The notes: generated from the sequence alone by a model not told the origin. Counted from the first letter of the stretch, positions 1 through 8,134 are shown. The stretch is DNA of 64,000 nucleotides from a virus (IMGVR_UViG_3300032220_000751), one strand, 5' to 3'. A program made the numbers and translations.

Positions 1-1
1 C

Positions 2-172
2 AGCATTCCACTTGTGGAAGAAATCAAGCGTAGAGTTGCTGATCGAGATCTCGATCCACACTTCGATACCTTTGAATATCCTTTCACTCTTAAGGCCCCA
101 ATGAATGTTAAGTTAGGAGATATCTTAAGATGCGGCTCTACCATGGGAGCGCGTTCAAGCACACCGAATTAA
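2..172 (+). CDS. C-terminal fragment of an upstream gene (truncated by window edge)
   Basis: Open frame from nt 2 (SIPLVEEIKRRVADRDLDPHFDTFEYPF...) to TAA at 170-172; overlaps next gene by 43 nt, frame choice uncertain. Confidence 0.3.
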   Translation, partial: SIPLVEEIKRRVADRDLDPHFDTFEYPFTLKAPMNVKLGDILRCGSTMGARSSTPN

Positions 173-615
173 AGCCCGGATTTGAGCATTCAGGAGTCGA
201 AGTCAATTGGGATCAAACTGAATCCAATCGATTCCTCTATGCTCAAGCTTCCAAGATAGAAACGCAACTGCTTGGCTTGGCAAGCGCAATTGAAAAGAAG
301 TATGCATTAGCCCGGTATCAATATCGAGGGAAGAACATCACCATCGAGATTGATGAAAATAAACCATTACCCACCATGTCAGGGATACAGGCGTTGGTGG
401 TTTGGCTCTACGAGATTGACAAACGAGATGAAGATGGATGGGTTAAAAGCGATAACCCACACAACAACATCCACAATGAGTGGAAAACTACGAAGACAAT
501 CAAAGACGCTATTCTTAGCGTTAATCAGATTGACATCAAAGAACTACTCAGTGACCGACATGTCGTGATTCGTCACGTCAAGCCGGGATATGTCAGCTGG
601 AGTGAACAAAAGTAA
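130..615 (+). CDS. Hypothetical protein, possible ADP-ribosyltransferase-like fold (N-terminal LYHGS motif)
   Basis: 161 aa ORF, AGGAG upstream; LYHGS...LYA pattern resembles the H-class ART strand-1 motif. Confidence 0.7.
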   Translation: MRLYHGSAFKHTELKPGFEHSGVEVNWDQTESNRFLYAQASKIETQLLGLASAIEKKYALARYQYRGKNITIEIDENKPLPTMSGIQALVVWLYEIDKRDEDGWVKSDNPHNNIHNEWKTTKTIKDAILSVNQIDIKELLSDRHVVIRHVKPGYVSWSEQK

Positions 616-629
616 TAGGGGATCGTTGG

Positions 630-962
630 ATGGCAATTCAAGACGTGAGTTTAGTGTCAGCTAATCGCTTCTACAATCGCTGGAAAACACTAAACAAGAT
701 GTTTACTAATCCTAACAGTAAACACTACGAAGACTACGGTGCTAAAGGGGTGACCTTTAGTGAAGAATGGTCAAGTACTAATCCGGAAGGATCTAGGAAC
801 TTTGTGAACTGGATGGAAGAACAGTTTGCTAAGAATCCAGAATTAGATCCACATAACTCTGCGGTCATACGTAAAGACTTCGAAGGTAACTTCGGACCTG
901 AAACGTGTGTAGTAGCTAATCGCAAAGATGTCCGGATGCTGTCAGTGTTGAAACATAAGTAG
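630..962 (+). CDS. Degenerate HNH endonuclease-like protein
   Basis: YNRWKTL..NPNSKHYEDYGAKGVTFSEEW...F..WM matches the YxxWxxMxxRCxNPNxxxYxxYGGRGI HNH family; the usual IDRIDxNGNYxPxNCRW is here VIRKDFEGNFGPETCVV. Confidence 0.65.
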   Translation: MAIQDVSLVSANRFYNRWKTLNKMFTNPNSKHYEDYGAKGVTFSEEWSSTNPEGSRNFVNWMEEQFAKNPELDPHNSAVIRKDFEGNFGPETCVVANRKDVRMLSVLKHK

Positions 963-1052
963 TACAAGTTCCCCATCTCTAGTAATGCACCGCGCGTCAC
1001 TAGGGATGGGCTTCTTACACCTATGTGTTTTGGACTCAAAATAAAATAACAT

Positions 1053-1063
1053 ACATATCACTA
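1053..1063 (+). promoter_or_regulatory. Putative phage early promoter core ACATATCACTA
   Basis: Motif recurs in 6 intergenic regions upstream of + strand genes; preceded by TCAAAATAAA; similar to phiKZ early consensus TATATTAC. Confidence 0.65.
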
Positions 1064-1154
1064 AATTGATAATCGATTGTCAAACACCCCACTCGACTAT
1101 CAAATCCACCGTGCTATTAATGCACCTTTATCATTTTCTTGTTCAGGAGAAGAA

Positions 1155-1631
1155 ATGAATGCAGTGACCCAAACTTTTATTGATCCCCGCTTTCTTAACA
1201 GTATTGTCATTAAGAGGGAAATAAAAGACGGTTATGGTAAGACCATCTTACGAGATGAGTTAGTGCAGCAATGGGGTCTCATTCCTGAAGGGATCTCGTG
1301 GCGTCTGCCTTTTGGTTGGTGTTTCCTGACATGTTCCAAAAAAGAAGGCAACTACACTTACTACATCTTAGATAAGAACGGTAATCGACGCGCTCGCGTG
1401 AGCTTTTGCCGTTACGGAGAGAAGGGTGTTCTCTTCGGTTTACTGACCGTGTTTCATCGTTTTGTCATCAAGCAGTCGCCTAGCGGGAATAAGTTCTTCT
1501 TTATCCTTGATTTGAAAAAGAGTTCGAGGCTAAAGAATAATGCATCTAGCCCCTGCGAAGCAACATTAAGGGACTGGCTCGAAAACCACGCGCCAGATTA
1601 CAAGAACGTCTTTGCATATTGGGATCTCTAA
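1155..1631 (+). CDS. Hypothetical protein
   Basis: ORF track 1077..1631; ATG at 1155 with AGGAGA RBS chosen as start. Confidence 0.75.
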   Translation: MNAVTQTFIDPRFLNSIVIKREIKDGYGKTILRDELVQQWGLIPEGISWRLPFGWCFLTCSKKEGNYTYYILDKNGNRRARVSFCRYGEKGVLFGLLTVFHRFVIKQSPSGNKFFFILDLKKSSRLKNNASSPCEATLRDWLENHAPDYKNVFAYWDL

Positions 1632-1647
1632 TCCGGGGAGAGGTAAC

Positions 1648-1782
1648 ATGGAATTTGACGCATACTACAAAGTAGCAGGTGGCTTGACTGGCATTGTTGT
1701 TGTCATGTTCCTGATGTGGAAGTTGATCGGCTGCGACGATTTCATCGACGCGATGTTTGACTGGGATGAGGAGCTGCTGTGA
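1648..1782 (+). CDS. Small membrane protein (44 aa, not in ORF track)
   Basis: GAGAGG RBS, MEFDAYYKVAGGLTGIVVVMFLMWKLIGCDDFIDAMFDWDEELL*, stop overlaps next start (GTGA). Confidence 0.65.
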   Translation: MEFDAYYKVAGGLTGIVVVMFLMWKLIGCDDFIDAMFDWDEELL

Positions 1783-2285
1783 ATAGCCTGATGAAAATCA
1801 TGGGCATGATGGCCATTGCAATGACTTGCATTGGCTTTATCATGTATTACAAGAAGCCTCAGTTTGATGAGGAGCCCAGGGAACGTAATCTGCATGGATT
1901 GATTGATGACATTGGATCTGGTCGTATTTTCAACAGTCATGAAGTTCAGTCCTATCACTTACTCGATCCACGGTCTGGCAAGTCCCACACGGTCTTAGTC
2001 GGTACAGAAGATCAGTTCCATAACACCAAACGATTCCGGATCGGTTATACCACGCTCAGGACTCCAATTGGTGTGGCAGTACTCCTACATAGTCGCGTCT
2101 ACGTCATGTATCAGACCAGTCACGACATGGAGCTACTGCTGCGCATGATCAGTAACAACAAAATCACCTACCTCCCCATGCAAGTGGTGGAGCGTGGGAT
2201 GATTTGCAATGGCGGGGTCTTTATGACCGAAGAAGAATTCGAGATCGAGTCCCGTGAAAATACTAATTACTCTAATTACGGATAG
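1779..2285 (+). CDS. Hypothetical protein with N-terminal transmembrane segment
   Basis: 168 aa ORF, hydrophobic residues ~6-23, coupled to upstream ORF. Confidence 0.75.
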   Translation: MNSLMKIMGMMAIAMTCIGFIMYYKKPQFDEEPRERNLHGLIDDIGSGRIFNSHEVQSYHLLDPRSGKSHTVLVGTEDQFHNTKRFRIGYTTLRTPIGVAVLLHSRVYVMYQTSHDMELLLRMISNNKITYLPMQVVERGMICNGGVFMTEEEFEIESRENTNYSNYG

Positions 2286-2293
2286 GACTACCC

Positions 2294-2896
2294 ATGAAGT
2301 TAAATGAAGATGTGGTGAGAACATTAGAACTACTTGCTACGATTGGCTTGATCGTCGTTAGCATCTACTTCGATTTCTCAGCACCGGGAGGTCCAGCTTG
2401 GAACACACTGGGGTTACTGGTTGGGGGTGTTTGTCTGGGATGGATTGTCAAGACCTTATCAGTCACCGCTGATGAAGCCACCAAGCTTACCGGTAAGGTG
2501 GAACGCATTATCTGGGCACGTCATCCGCGTGCTGAGATCTGGCGAGGGTATTATCATCAGTTTTTACAGCGACTGTGGGCTCCGGTCAATACCGACGAGA
2601 GCATCATGTTAGTTGCTATTAAGCACCATCCCTCTGGTGTGATCTTTGCTATCAATCGTCCAGGACGACATCATGACCTGGTTCGTTTGATGGATGAACT
2701 GGGTTACGGGATTAAAGACAATGATCACCGTGCCTATGAAGACCAAGGCTTTATCACATCGCGTGGTCGATATGTGAACCGTTACGAAGCAGCGGCTATT
2801 GCCAAACGGTGCAGGCAGATCCTCCCACGCGGTATGACTGGATCGGATGATGAGTTGTATTCAGAAGATCTGTTTGAAGGTGGTTTAGACGTATAG
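2294..2896 (+). CDS. Hypothetical membrane protein with a common phage C-terminal domain
   Basis: Two TM segments then RHHD...QGFITSRGRYVNRYEAAAIA...LYSEDL, a motif pattern frequent in phage hypotheticals. Confidence 0.75.
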   Translation: MKLNEDVVRTLELLATIGLIVVSIYFDFSAPGGPAWNTLGLLVGGVCLGWIVKTLSVTADEATKLTGKVERIIWARHPRAEIWRGYYHQFLQRLWAPVNTDESIMLVAIKHHPSGVIFAINRPGRHHDLVRLMDELGYGIKDNDHRAYEDQGFITSRGRYVNRYEAAAIAKRCRQILPRGMTGSDDELYSEDLFEGGLDV

Positions 2897-2914
2897 TTGT
2901 ACTTACCGCGTATC

Positions 2915-2943
2915 GTCCAGGATAATCCCTGGACTTTATGCCC
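2915..2943 (+). terminator. Hairpin-TTATG element
   Basis: GTCCAGG/CCTGGAC stem followed by TTTATGCCC. Confidence 0.55.
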
Positions 2944-2961
2944 TTACTTTAAGGAGCTAGC

Positions 2962-3222
2962 ATGTCCAGAAAGAAAACGGTCGAGCAAAAAGGAGCACTC
3001 GATCATCTCAACCAAGCCATGTCGAATATCAGTCAGACGTTGGAAGACGACTCGGTCCCCGTCTCCAGTGAACTGAAGACCATCCAGCGTGGCTTGCGGA
3101 ACATCAAGATCAAGTGGATGAAAGCCATGGGAGATCCGGTGACGATCATTGCCGAAGAGACCGGTGTCTCGATCCCCCATGTGTACCACGTTCTCAAACA
3201 ACTGAAAGAGCCGAACCAATGA
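2962..3222 (+). CDS. Small hypothetical protein, possible C-terminal HTH
   Basis: AAGGAG RBS; PVTIIAEETGVSIPHVYHVLKQ is HTH-like. Confidence 0.75.
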   Translation: MSRKKTVEQKGALDHLNQAMSNISQTLEDDSVPVSSELKTIQRGLRNIKIKWMKAMGDPVTIIAEETGVSIPHVYHVLKQLKEPNQ

Positions 3223-3398
3223 ACCAGAACGAAACCAAGCAAGAGTTCTACCTGAACCGGTTGAATGAACTCCTCTGGGATGCGCGTGCAGCCGGTGTGG
3301 AACTGAGTGTGGAACGCGTCCCGCGTGATCCGTCGGCACCCAAGATGGGCGACATGCAGTACAAGACGACAGTCTGGGATACCCGTAAGCCGTCCTAA
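3219..3398 (+). CDS. Small hypothetical protein
   Basis: ATGA overlap with upstream stop; MNQNETKQEFYLNRL... 59 aa. Confidence 0.65.
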   Translation: MNQNETKQEFYLNRLNELLWDARAAGVELSVERVPRDPSAPKMGDMQYKTTVWDTRKPS

Positions 3399-3494
3399 GG
3401 GTAATATTTACTGCTATGCCTCATCTTCTGTAAAGGAGGATGAGGCTGTGCCCTACGTTGATGGTGTTTCAGTAGTTAAAATAGGAGAGTAATT

Positions 3495-4067
3495 ATGTTT
3501 AAGCAATACATCGATGCACTACCCATGGTGCTGCAACTGTTGGGTGGTGGTTTTGCACTCTTGCTGATCTCAGTGGGTGCAGCAGTTGTTTTCAACAAGG
3601 TCTTTGTTTGGATCAAGACCAAAGAAATCAAACAAGGTAAGTATCTCCAACAGATGCTCATCGAGCATACCAAGAATAACATCGGCAAGAAGACCATCTT
3701 CGGTACTCTGCGCGATGACTGGGACGGCTGGGAACATCTGGACCTAATCGTCGGTGAAGATGGCTGGCCCAAGTTCCGGTCTCTTCCTGGTGGTTGGGTA
3801 CCACGTCGCAATGATGGTCGTGTTAAGCTGGGTCAGCTGGGTATACTGGTTGCATCTGGTGAAACTCATTTCACCAACATCGTCACCGTCTATGACGATC
3901 AAGGTCAGTTGCGTCTGGTTGCCTATAAGGCATCACGCGGCAATGCCTCGATGCACGGATACCACGCAGTCATCCAAGGTATGATCGAAGCCGAACCATC
4001 CTTCGACAAACCGCCTTCCAACCCCAACAAAGCAGGCATTCGTCAAACTGTCCTGCAAACTCAATAA
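3495..4067 (+). CDS. Hypothetical membrane-anchored protein
   Basis: AGGAG RBS, N-terminal hydrophobic helix, 190 aa. Confidence 0.75.
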   Translation: MFKQYIDALPMVLQLLGGGFALLLISVGAAVVFNKVFVWIKTKEIKQGKYLQQMLIEHTKNNIGKKTIFGTLRDDWDGWEHLDLIVGEDGWPKFRSLPGGWVPRRNDGRVKLGQLGILVASGETHFTNIVTVYDDQGQLRLVAYKASRGNASMHGYHAVIQGMIEAEPSFDKPPSNPNKAGIRQTVLQTQ

Positions 4068-4079
4068 GAGGTTTTACCC

Positions 4080-4985
4080 ATGACATTCCCCGCACTCGAT
4101 GATATCGTCATCGATCACCCGATCAAACATCCAGGTTTCATCCTGGCAGTTGAAGACGAAGCACTCGGCAAAGAAATCCTGTCGAACTACGGCCGCAAGT
4201 ACACGCACGTCAGCGACACCTTGTGGGCAGACGGTTCTTCCCAACAGATCGTGCATGTGAATGACTTCCAGCACTTCTTCCAGTTCCTGAGCGAGAACCT
4301 GATCATCGCTCAGCGCGCTCAACTGGAGAAGAACTTCAAGTATCGTCAGCTGCTGCCGTACGCTCCGGTGATCCGTAATGGTGCTCCCGACATTACCAAT
4401 CTCGATACCGTGGAAGTGCTGACCTACGCTCGTCTGAAGGGTGGTGGTGAACCCGGTCTGCATGACAAGGAATCCATCGGTTTCGGCGGACATCTGGATA
4501 TCTCTGACATCGTCTACAACGACGCTGGACGCAATGTCCCGAATCTGCTGGCTACCATCATGGCTAACTTGCGCCGTGAGGTTCTGTCGGAAGAACTGCG
4601 TCTGATCTATCCGGAAGGTTGCGAGGAAAATATCAACCTCGGCTTCACTGGCATGATCCTGCTGGAGCGCAATGAAGCCGTCGGTCTGGTGCACTTGGGT
4701 CTGGTCTTCATGGTGACCTGCCCGGCAAACATGGGCGCAGAAACCCCGGAAGTCAACCAGATCGGTCTGTTGGGCTGGAATACCTTCGAGCATCTGCAAG
4801 CCAATCATCCGAAGCTGGAAGGCTGGTCGCGTGCGCTCGTGGACTATCTGGGCAACAAAGCTCGTGTGGAACGTGAAGAACGTCTGAACAAGCCTCAGCC
4901 TGACGGCAACGATCCAGATCCCAAGGGTGAAAGTGATTTGCCGCGCAATTATGGCGGCAGTGGTGGTGCGGGTATTTCTGAGTAA
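4080..4985 (+). CDS. NUDIX-family phosphoesterase (COG4112/YmaB-like)
   Basis: RQLLPY...RLKGGGEPGLH..SIGFGGH...RREVLSEEL...NEAVGLVHLGLV signature. Confidence 0.8.
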   Translation: MTFPALDDIVIDHPIKHPGFILAVEDEALGKEILSNYGRKYTHVSDTLWADGSSQQIVHVNDFQHFFQFLSENLIIAQRAQLEKNFKYRQLLPYAPVIRNGAPDITNLDTVEVLTYARLKGGGEPGLHDKESIGFGGHLDISDIVYNDAGRNVPNLLATIMANLRREVLSEELRLIYPEGCEENINLGFTGMILLERNEAVGLVHLGLVFMVTCPANMGAETPEVNQIGLLGWNTFEHLQANHPKLEGWSRALVDYLGNKARVEREERLNKPQPDGNDPDPKGESDLPRNYGGSGGAGISE

Positions 4986-4997
4986 TCAGAAATAGGC

Positions 4998-5040
4998 GGC
5001 ATAGACGGGATGGGGTGATGCCCATCCCGTCGTTTTATGT
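4998..5040 (+). terminator. GGCATA-hairpin-TTATG terminator-like element
   Basis: 11-bp stem GACGGGATGGG/CCCATCCCGTC, then GTTTTATG. Confidence 0.7.
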
Positions 5041-5083
5041 TGCTTATTTTTTGAAGTACTCCATCACTTAAAGAGGTAATCTA

Positions 5084-5386
5084 ATGGCGATCCAACAAGT
5101 GCTGTCACTGCGCATCCATTTCACTGACGAATTGTTCAATGTGGATGAAAGTAAGATTACCCGAGAGATGAAGGTCCATGAAACCGTCATCAATCTGACT
5201 AAACTCGATATGCGTCCAGAGGCCATCAGTACTGAGAATGATGGTGCATTGGAAGACATCTCTGATGAATTAGCAGATGAGATAGACGGCGTGATACAGG
5301 CCCGCTTCTTTGTAACGAACCCTCTGTACTTTACAGATGAATTCGAGTTGGGAACCGAATATCTGGGAGTGCATACTCTCCATTAA
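5084..5386 (+). CDS. Acidic hypothetical protein
   Basis: GAGGT RBS, 100 aa. Confidence 0.75.
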   Translation: MAIQQVLSLRIHFTDELFNVDESKITREMKVHETVINLTKLDMRPEAISTENDGALEDISDELADEIDGVIQARFFVTNPLYFTDEFELGTEYLGVHTLH

Positions 5387-5396
5387 TGGGAAACGA

Positions 5397-6767
5397 ATGG
5401 AACATTCGAATAAATTAGTAGTACTGTATCACCGCAATTGTGCCGATGGTTTTGCAGCTGCCTGGGTAGCTTTGCAAGCTGAAGCTGTCTCGCGTGGGAT
5501 TGATACAGTAGAAGAGTTGATGGTCCCCGGTAGTTCTGTGATTGCTACTCCTGTTGAATACGACATTCATCAAGAGGATTTAATTGAGATCTGCCGGGAT
5601 GCACGTGTTTACGTTGTTGATTACTGCTTTGCACCTAGCCAGACTACTCAGATCGCTAAGGTAGCTAAGTCTGTAGTGGTGTTAGATCACCATAAGACTG
5701 CTATCGAAAAGATGGCTGGTTATAAGCACCCCAACGTCAAGCTGTATTTCGATCAGTCTTATTCAGGTGCTGGCCTGGCATGGAAACACTTCTTCGGTGA
5801 CCAGAAGATTCCAACCCTGTTGACATACTTGCAGGATTACGATCTGTGGACTAAACAGTATCCACAGTCGATGCCATTGGTACGTGGTATGCAGCACATG
5901 CGCATTCACGATCGTCAGGATTGGCGTGCCTTCGACGTCTTGACTCGTAATGAGGATGCGATTGCTGAAGTCATCATGACTGGCCAGACTGCATTGGAAG
6001 TCGAGCAAAGCATCATTGATGATGCTATTCGTGAATCCATGGTCACCGGTGTGAAGATCAATGGCGTTGAAGGTGGCGTCTTACTGAATCTGCCTTACCG
6101 TATGTCCAATATGGTAGGTGACACGTTAAACGGTAAGACCGATGAAATCAAATTCACCTGCGTCTACGATTATGTCAATCCGGAACCCAGTTACCCAGCT
6201 GGTTATATCCGACTGTCCTTCCGTTCGAAACGCGGTAGTGATATCGATCTGACCAAGATGCTGAAGAAGTTTGGTGGTGGTGGTCATGAGTCTTCATCTG
6301 GTCTGAAGATCTGTCGTATGCAGTACTACACGATCGAAGACTTCCTGCGCTTGAATAAGGAAGAGAAGATTAGCAATCGAAAGCATATCGGTAATCTGAA
6401 AGAGTTCTACCAATACGTGACCGATCAGATCTACCTCTTCCAAGAATCGGTGGCGACTCTTTTGTCTGACGGTATTCCTTACCAGAAGACCGCTGCAGAT
6501 ATCGCCAAGATGTATCAGCAAAATGTCGGCGTTCTTGAAAGTATGATGATGTTCCATACCGACAAGAACTGGAGCAAGTACGAACCACAAGTCACTAAGT
6601 TGATTAATGCATTATCCGTAATTTATACCGTACACACTCACTTGTATGTTGGTGTAAATGCAGCCAAAGGGATGGTGCAAAAAGCATCTGATTACTTCAA
6701 GAGTGATGAGTTCGATGACCTCTTAAAGAAGTTCTGGGTGGATGTACGGACGTGGGATAGTCCGTAA
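5397..6767 (+). CDS. DHH/DHHA1-family phosphoesterase with C-terminal helical extension
   Basis: YHRNCADG, VVDY, VLDHHKT, SGAGLAW, QDYDLW, SFRS, FGGGGH motifs; start set at ATG 5397. Confidence 0.85.
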   Translation: MEHSNKLVVLYHRNCADGFAAAWVALQAEAVSRGIDTVEELMVPGSSVIATPVEYDIHQEDLIEICRDARVYVVDYCFAPSQTTQIAKVAKSVVVLDHHKTAIEKMAGYKHPNVKLYFDQSYSGAGLAWKHFFGDQKIPTLLTYLQDYDLWTKQYPQSMPLVRGMQHMRIHDRQDWRAFDVLTRNEDAIAEVIMTGQTALEVEQSIIDDAIRESMVTGVKINGVEGGVLLNLPYRMSNMVGDTLNGKTDEIKFTCVYDYVNPEPSYPAGYIRLSFRSKRGSDIDLTKMLKKFGGGGHESSSGLKICRMQYYTIEDFLRLNKEEKISNRKHIGNLKEFYQYVTDQIYLFQESVATLLSDGIPYQKTAADIAKMYQQNVGVLESMMMFHTDKNWSKYEPQVTKLINALSVIYTVHTHLYVGVNAAKGMVQKASDYFKSDEFDDLLKKFWVDVRTWDSP

Positions 6768-6792
6768 ATCGCATTCAAAATAAAGTGAGATC

Positions 6793-6858
6793 CATATCAC
6801 TAGAGTGTAGTAGGTAGAAGAAAAGAATCTTCATCCAGCTACACTCTAGTGATTTTTT
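6793..6858 (+). promoter_or_regulatory. Early-promoter motif embedded in a 15-bp terminator-like hairpin
   Basis: CATATCACTA 6793-6802; ATCACTAGAGTGTAG (6796-6810) / CTACACTCTAGTGAT (6839-6853) followed by T-tract. Confidence 0.65.
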
Positions 6859-6938
6859 ACTGGGGCTCTACATCGTGTAGAGAGTAGGATCTCTATCAAG
6901 TATCAATTTTAAACTTCATAATCAAAAGGATAAGAAAC

Positions 6939-7595
6939 ATGGCTGTGCAAGAAATCTCCATCAACCGGGCTCTGACTACTGTCAAGAACCTGAAGAAAGA
7001 AATCGAAGAATACTTCAACGAGCCGCGCATCTTCGTGATCGCTCTGCAAGGTACGGAAGACCGCGTGGTCGCACACGGCTTCGACAAAGCGTACATGGAA
7101 AAGCAGATGCAATCGGACTACGACAGCTACATCAACAAGCTGGCGCGTTACGATGCACTGAAGGCCGCGATCGTCAAGTCCAACGCTGAAACCAAGGTCT
7201 CCATCAACGGCCAAGAATACACGGTTGCCGCTGCTGTCGAACTGAAGGCCACGGTCAAGTTCAAGGAAACCCTGCTGACGCACTGGAAGAAGCAGATGGC
7301 TACGATCTCCAAGGTCGTCTCCGATGCCAATGCCAAGCTGGAATCCACGCTCAAGACCGACATCGACAACATCAACAAGTCCAGGACCGAAGCCGACGGC
7401 GACTCTGCCCAGGAATACATCGCCGCCCTGACTCGTCTGAACACCGAGCGCTACACGGTCAAGGTGCACGACTACCTGCAGCTGGCAACCAAGATCAAGG
7501 AACTGGAAAACGAGATCCGCACCATCAACGAAGAACTGGACTGGGCACTGTCCGATTCGAACATGAAGACCCTGATCTCTGTCGATCTGGGTTAA
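6939..7595 (+). CDS. DIP1984/DUF6847-like all-helical protein
   Basis: ALTTVKNLKKEI...LKAAIVKSNAETKVSINGQEYTVAAAV...LENEIRTINEELDWALSDSNMKTLISV pattern recalled for this family; codon bias as strong as the capsid gene. Confidence 0.55.
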   Translation: MAVQEISINRALTTVKNLKKEIEEYFNEPRIFVIALQGTEDRVVAHGFDKAYMEKQMQSDYDSYINKLARYDALKAAIVKSNAETKVSINGQEYTVAAAVELKATVKFKETLLTHWKKQMATISKVVSDANAKLESTLKTDIDNINKSRTEADGDSAQEYIAALTRLNTERYTVKVHDYLQLATKIKELENEIRTINEELDWALSDSNMKTLISVDLG

Positions 7596-7720
7596 GTCTC
7601 ATCGCTTGAAATAATCCCTGTGAATTGGTGTGCATGAAGTTAGCAAACCTTATTCACCTATACGGCCTGTAGGTAAAGTAATCTGGCCAACCAACCAACT
7701 ATCTTTTGCGAAGATACTTG

Positions 7721-7793
7721 GTTCCATTAGCTCACTTGGTAGAGCAACAGACCAATAATCTGTAGGTCGCCGGTTCGATTCCGGTATGGAACC
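7721..7793 (+). tRNA. Atypical tRNA-like gene, anticodon AAT (nominally Ile), probably degenerate
   Basis: Acceptor GTTCCAT/ATGGAAC, D stem GCTC/GAGC, anticodon stem ACAGA/TCTGT with loop CCAATAA, T arm GCCGG-TTCGATT-CCGGT; C33, C15 and no encoded CCA. Confidence 0.7.
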
Positions 7794-7815
7794 CCTATAC
7801 TAGCAGTAACCCCTC

Positions 7816-7900
7816 AAAGGTTAAAGCTTTAAAGGTCAAGTTTCAAAGATCTAAAGTTCATCTACCTTAAAGCTCAATGGTTAAAGCTTGTAGTTAAAAG
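7816..7900 (+). repeat. AAAG heptad-like repeat array
   Basis: AAAG at 7816, 7823, 7831, 7845, 7853, 7869, 7883, 7897 plus in-register variants (CAAG, AATG, GTAG); period 7-8 nt. Confidence 0.8.
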
Positions 7901-7958
7901 CTCTTGTAAGTCCACATCAAAAGCGCGTTCGAAAGAACTAGGTGAGAGTAAGCACCGA

Positions 7959-8122
7959 GCTACGCGTGTGGCAATGTACAGCGAGTCACAGGGACTCCGA
8001 ATTCGTAGTAGCAGTAAACGTGCCGTGTATCACGTCTGCCTATCGGCAATACATGTTGGACCTGGTCCTGCGTCTGGGCGGCCTATCGGCAACGCAACGG
8101 GTGAGATCGAAAGGTCTCACCC
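7959..8122 (+). ncRNA. Unassigned structured RNA with pseudoknot, 12-nt direct repeat and GNRA hairpin
   Basis: ACGTG/CACGT stem whose loop CGTGTAT (8024-30) pairs with ATACATG (8049-55); GCCTATCGGCAA at 8038-49 and 8081-92; GGGTGAGATC-GAAA-GGTCTCACCC 8099-8122. Confidence 0.45.
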
Positions 8123-8134
8123 AATCCCCATATA

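Larger units (their letters stand above)
7625..7958 (+). ncRNA. Structured RNA with AAAG repeat array downstream of the DIP1984-like gene
   Basis: Long-range pairs TTGGTGT 7625-31/GCACCGA 7952-58 and TTCACCTA 7653-60/TAGGTGAG 7939-46 enclose the tRNA-like element and the repeats. Confidence 0.55.

Noticed and set aside
7816-7900. Possible CRISPR array
   Set aside because: Repeat units are 4 nt with 3-4 nt spacers; no 23-50 nt repeats with unique spacers and no cas genes anywhere in the window
8056-8102. Possible HDV-like/theta ribozyme next to a tRNA
   Set aside because: P2-like ACCT/GGGT, TCCTGCG loop and a small P4 are present, but no 7-bp P1 and no proper P3 or J4/2; it is also not at a tRNA 3' end
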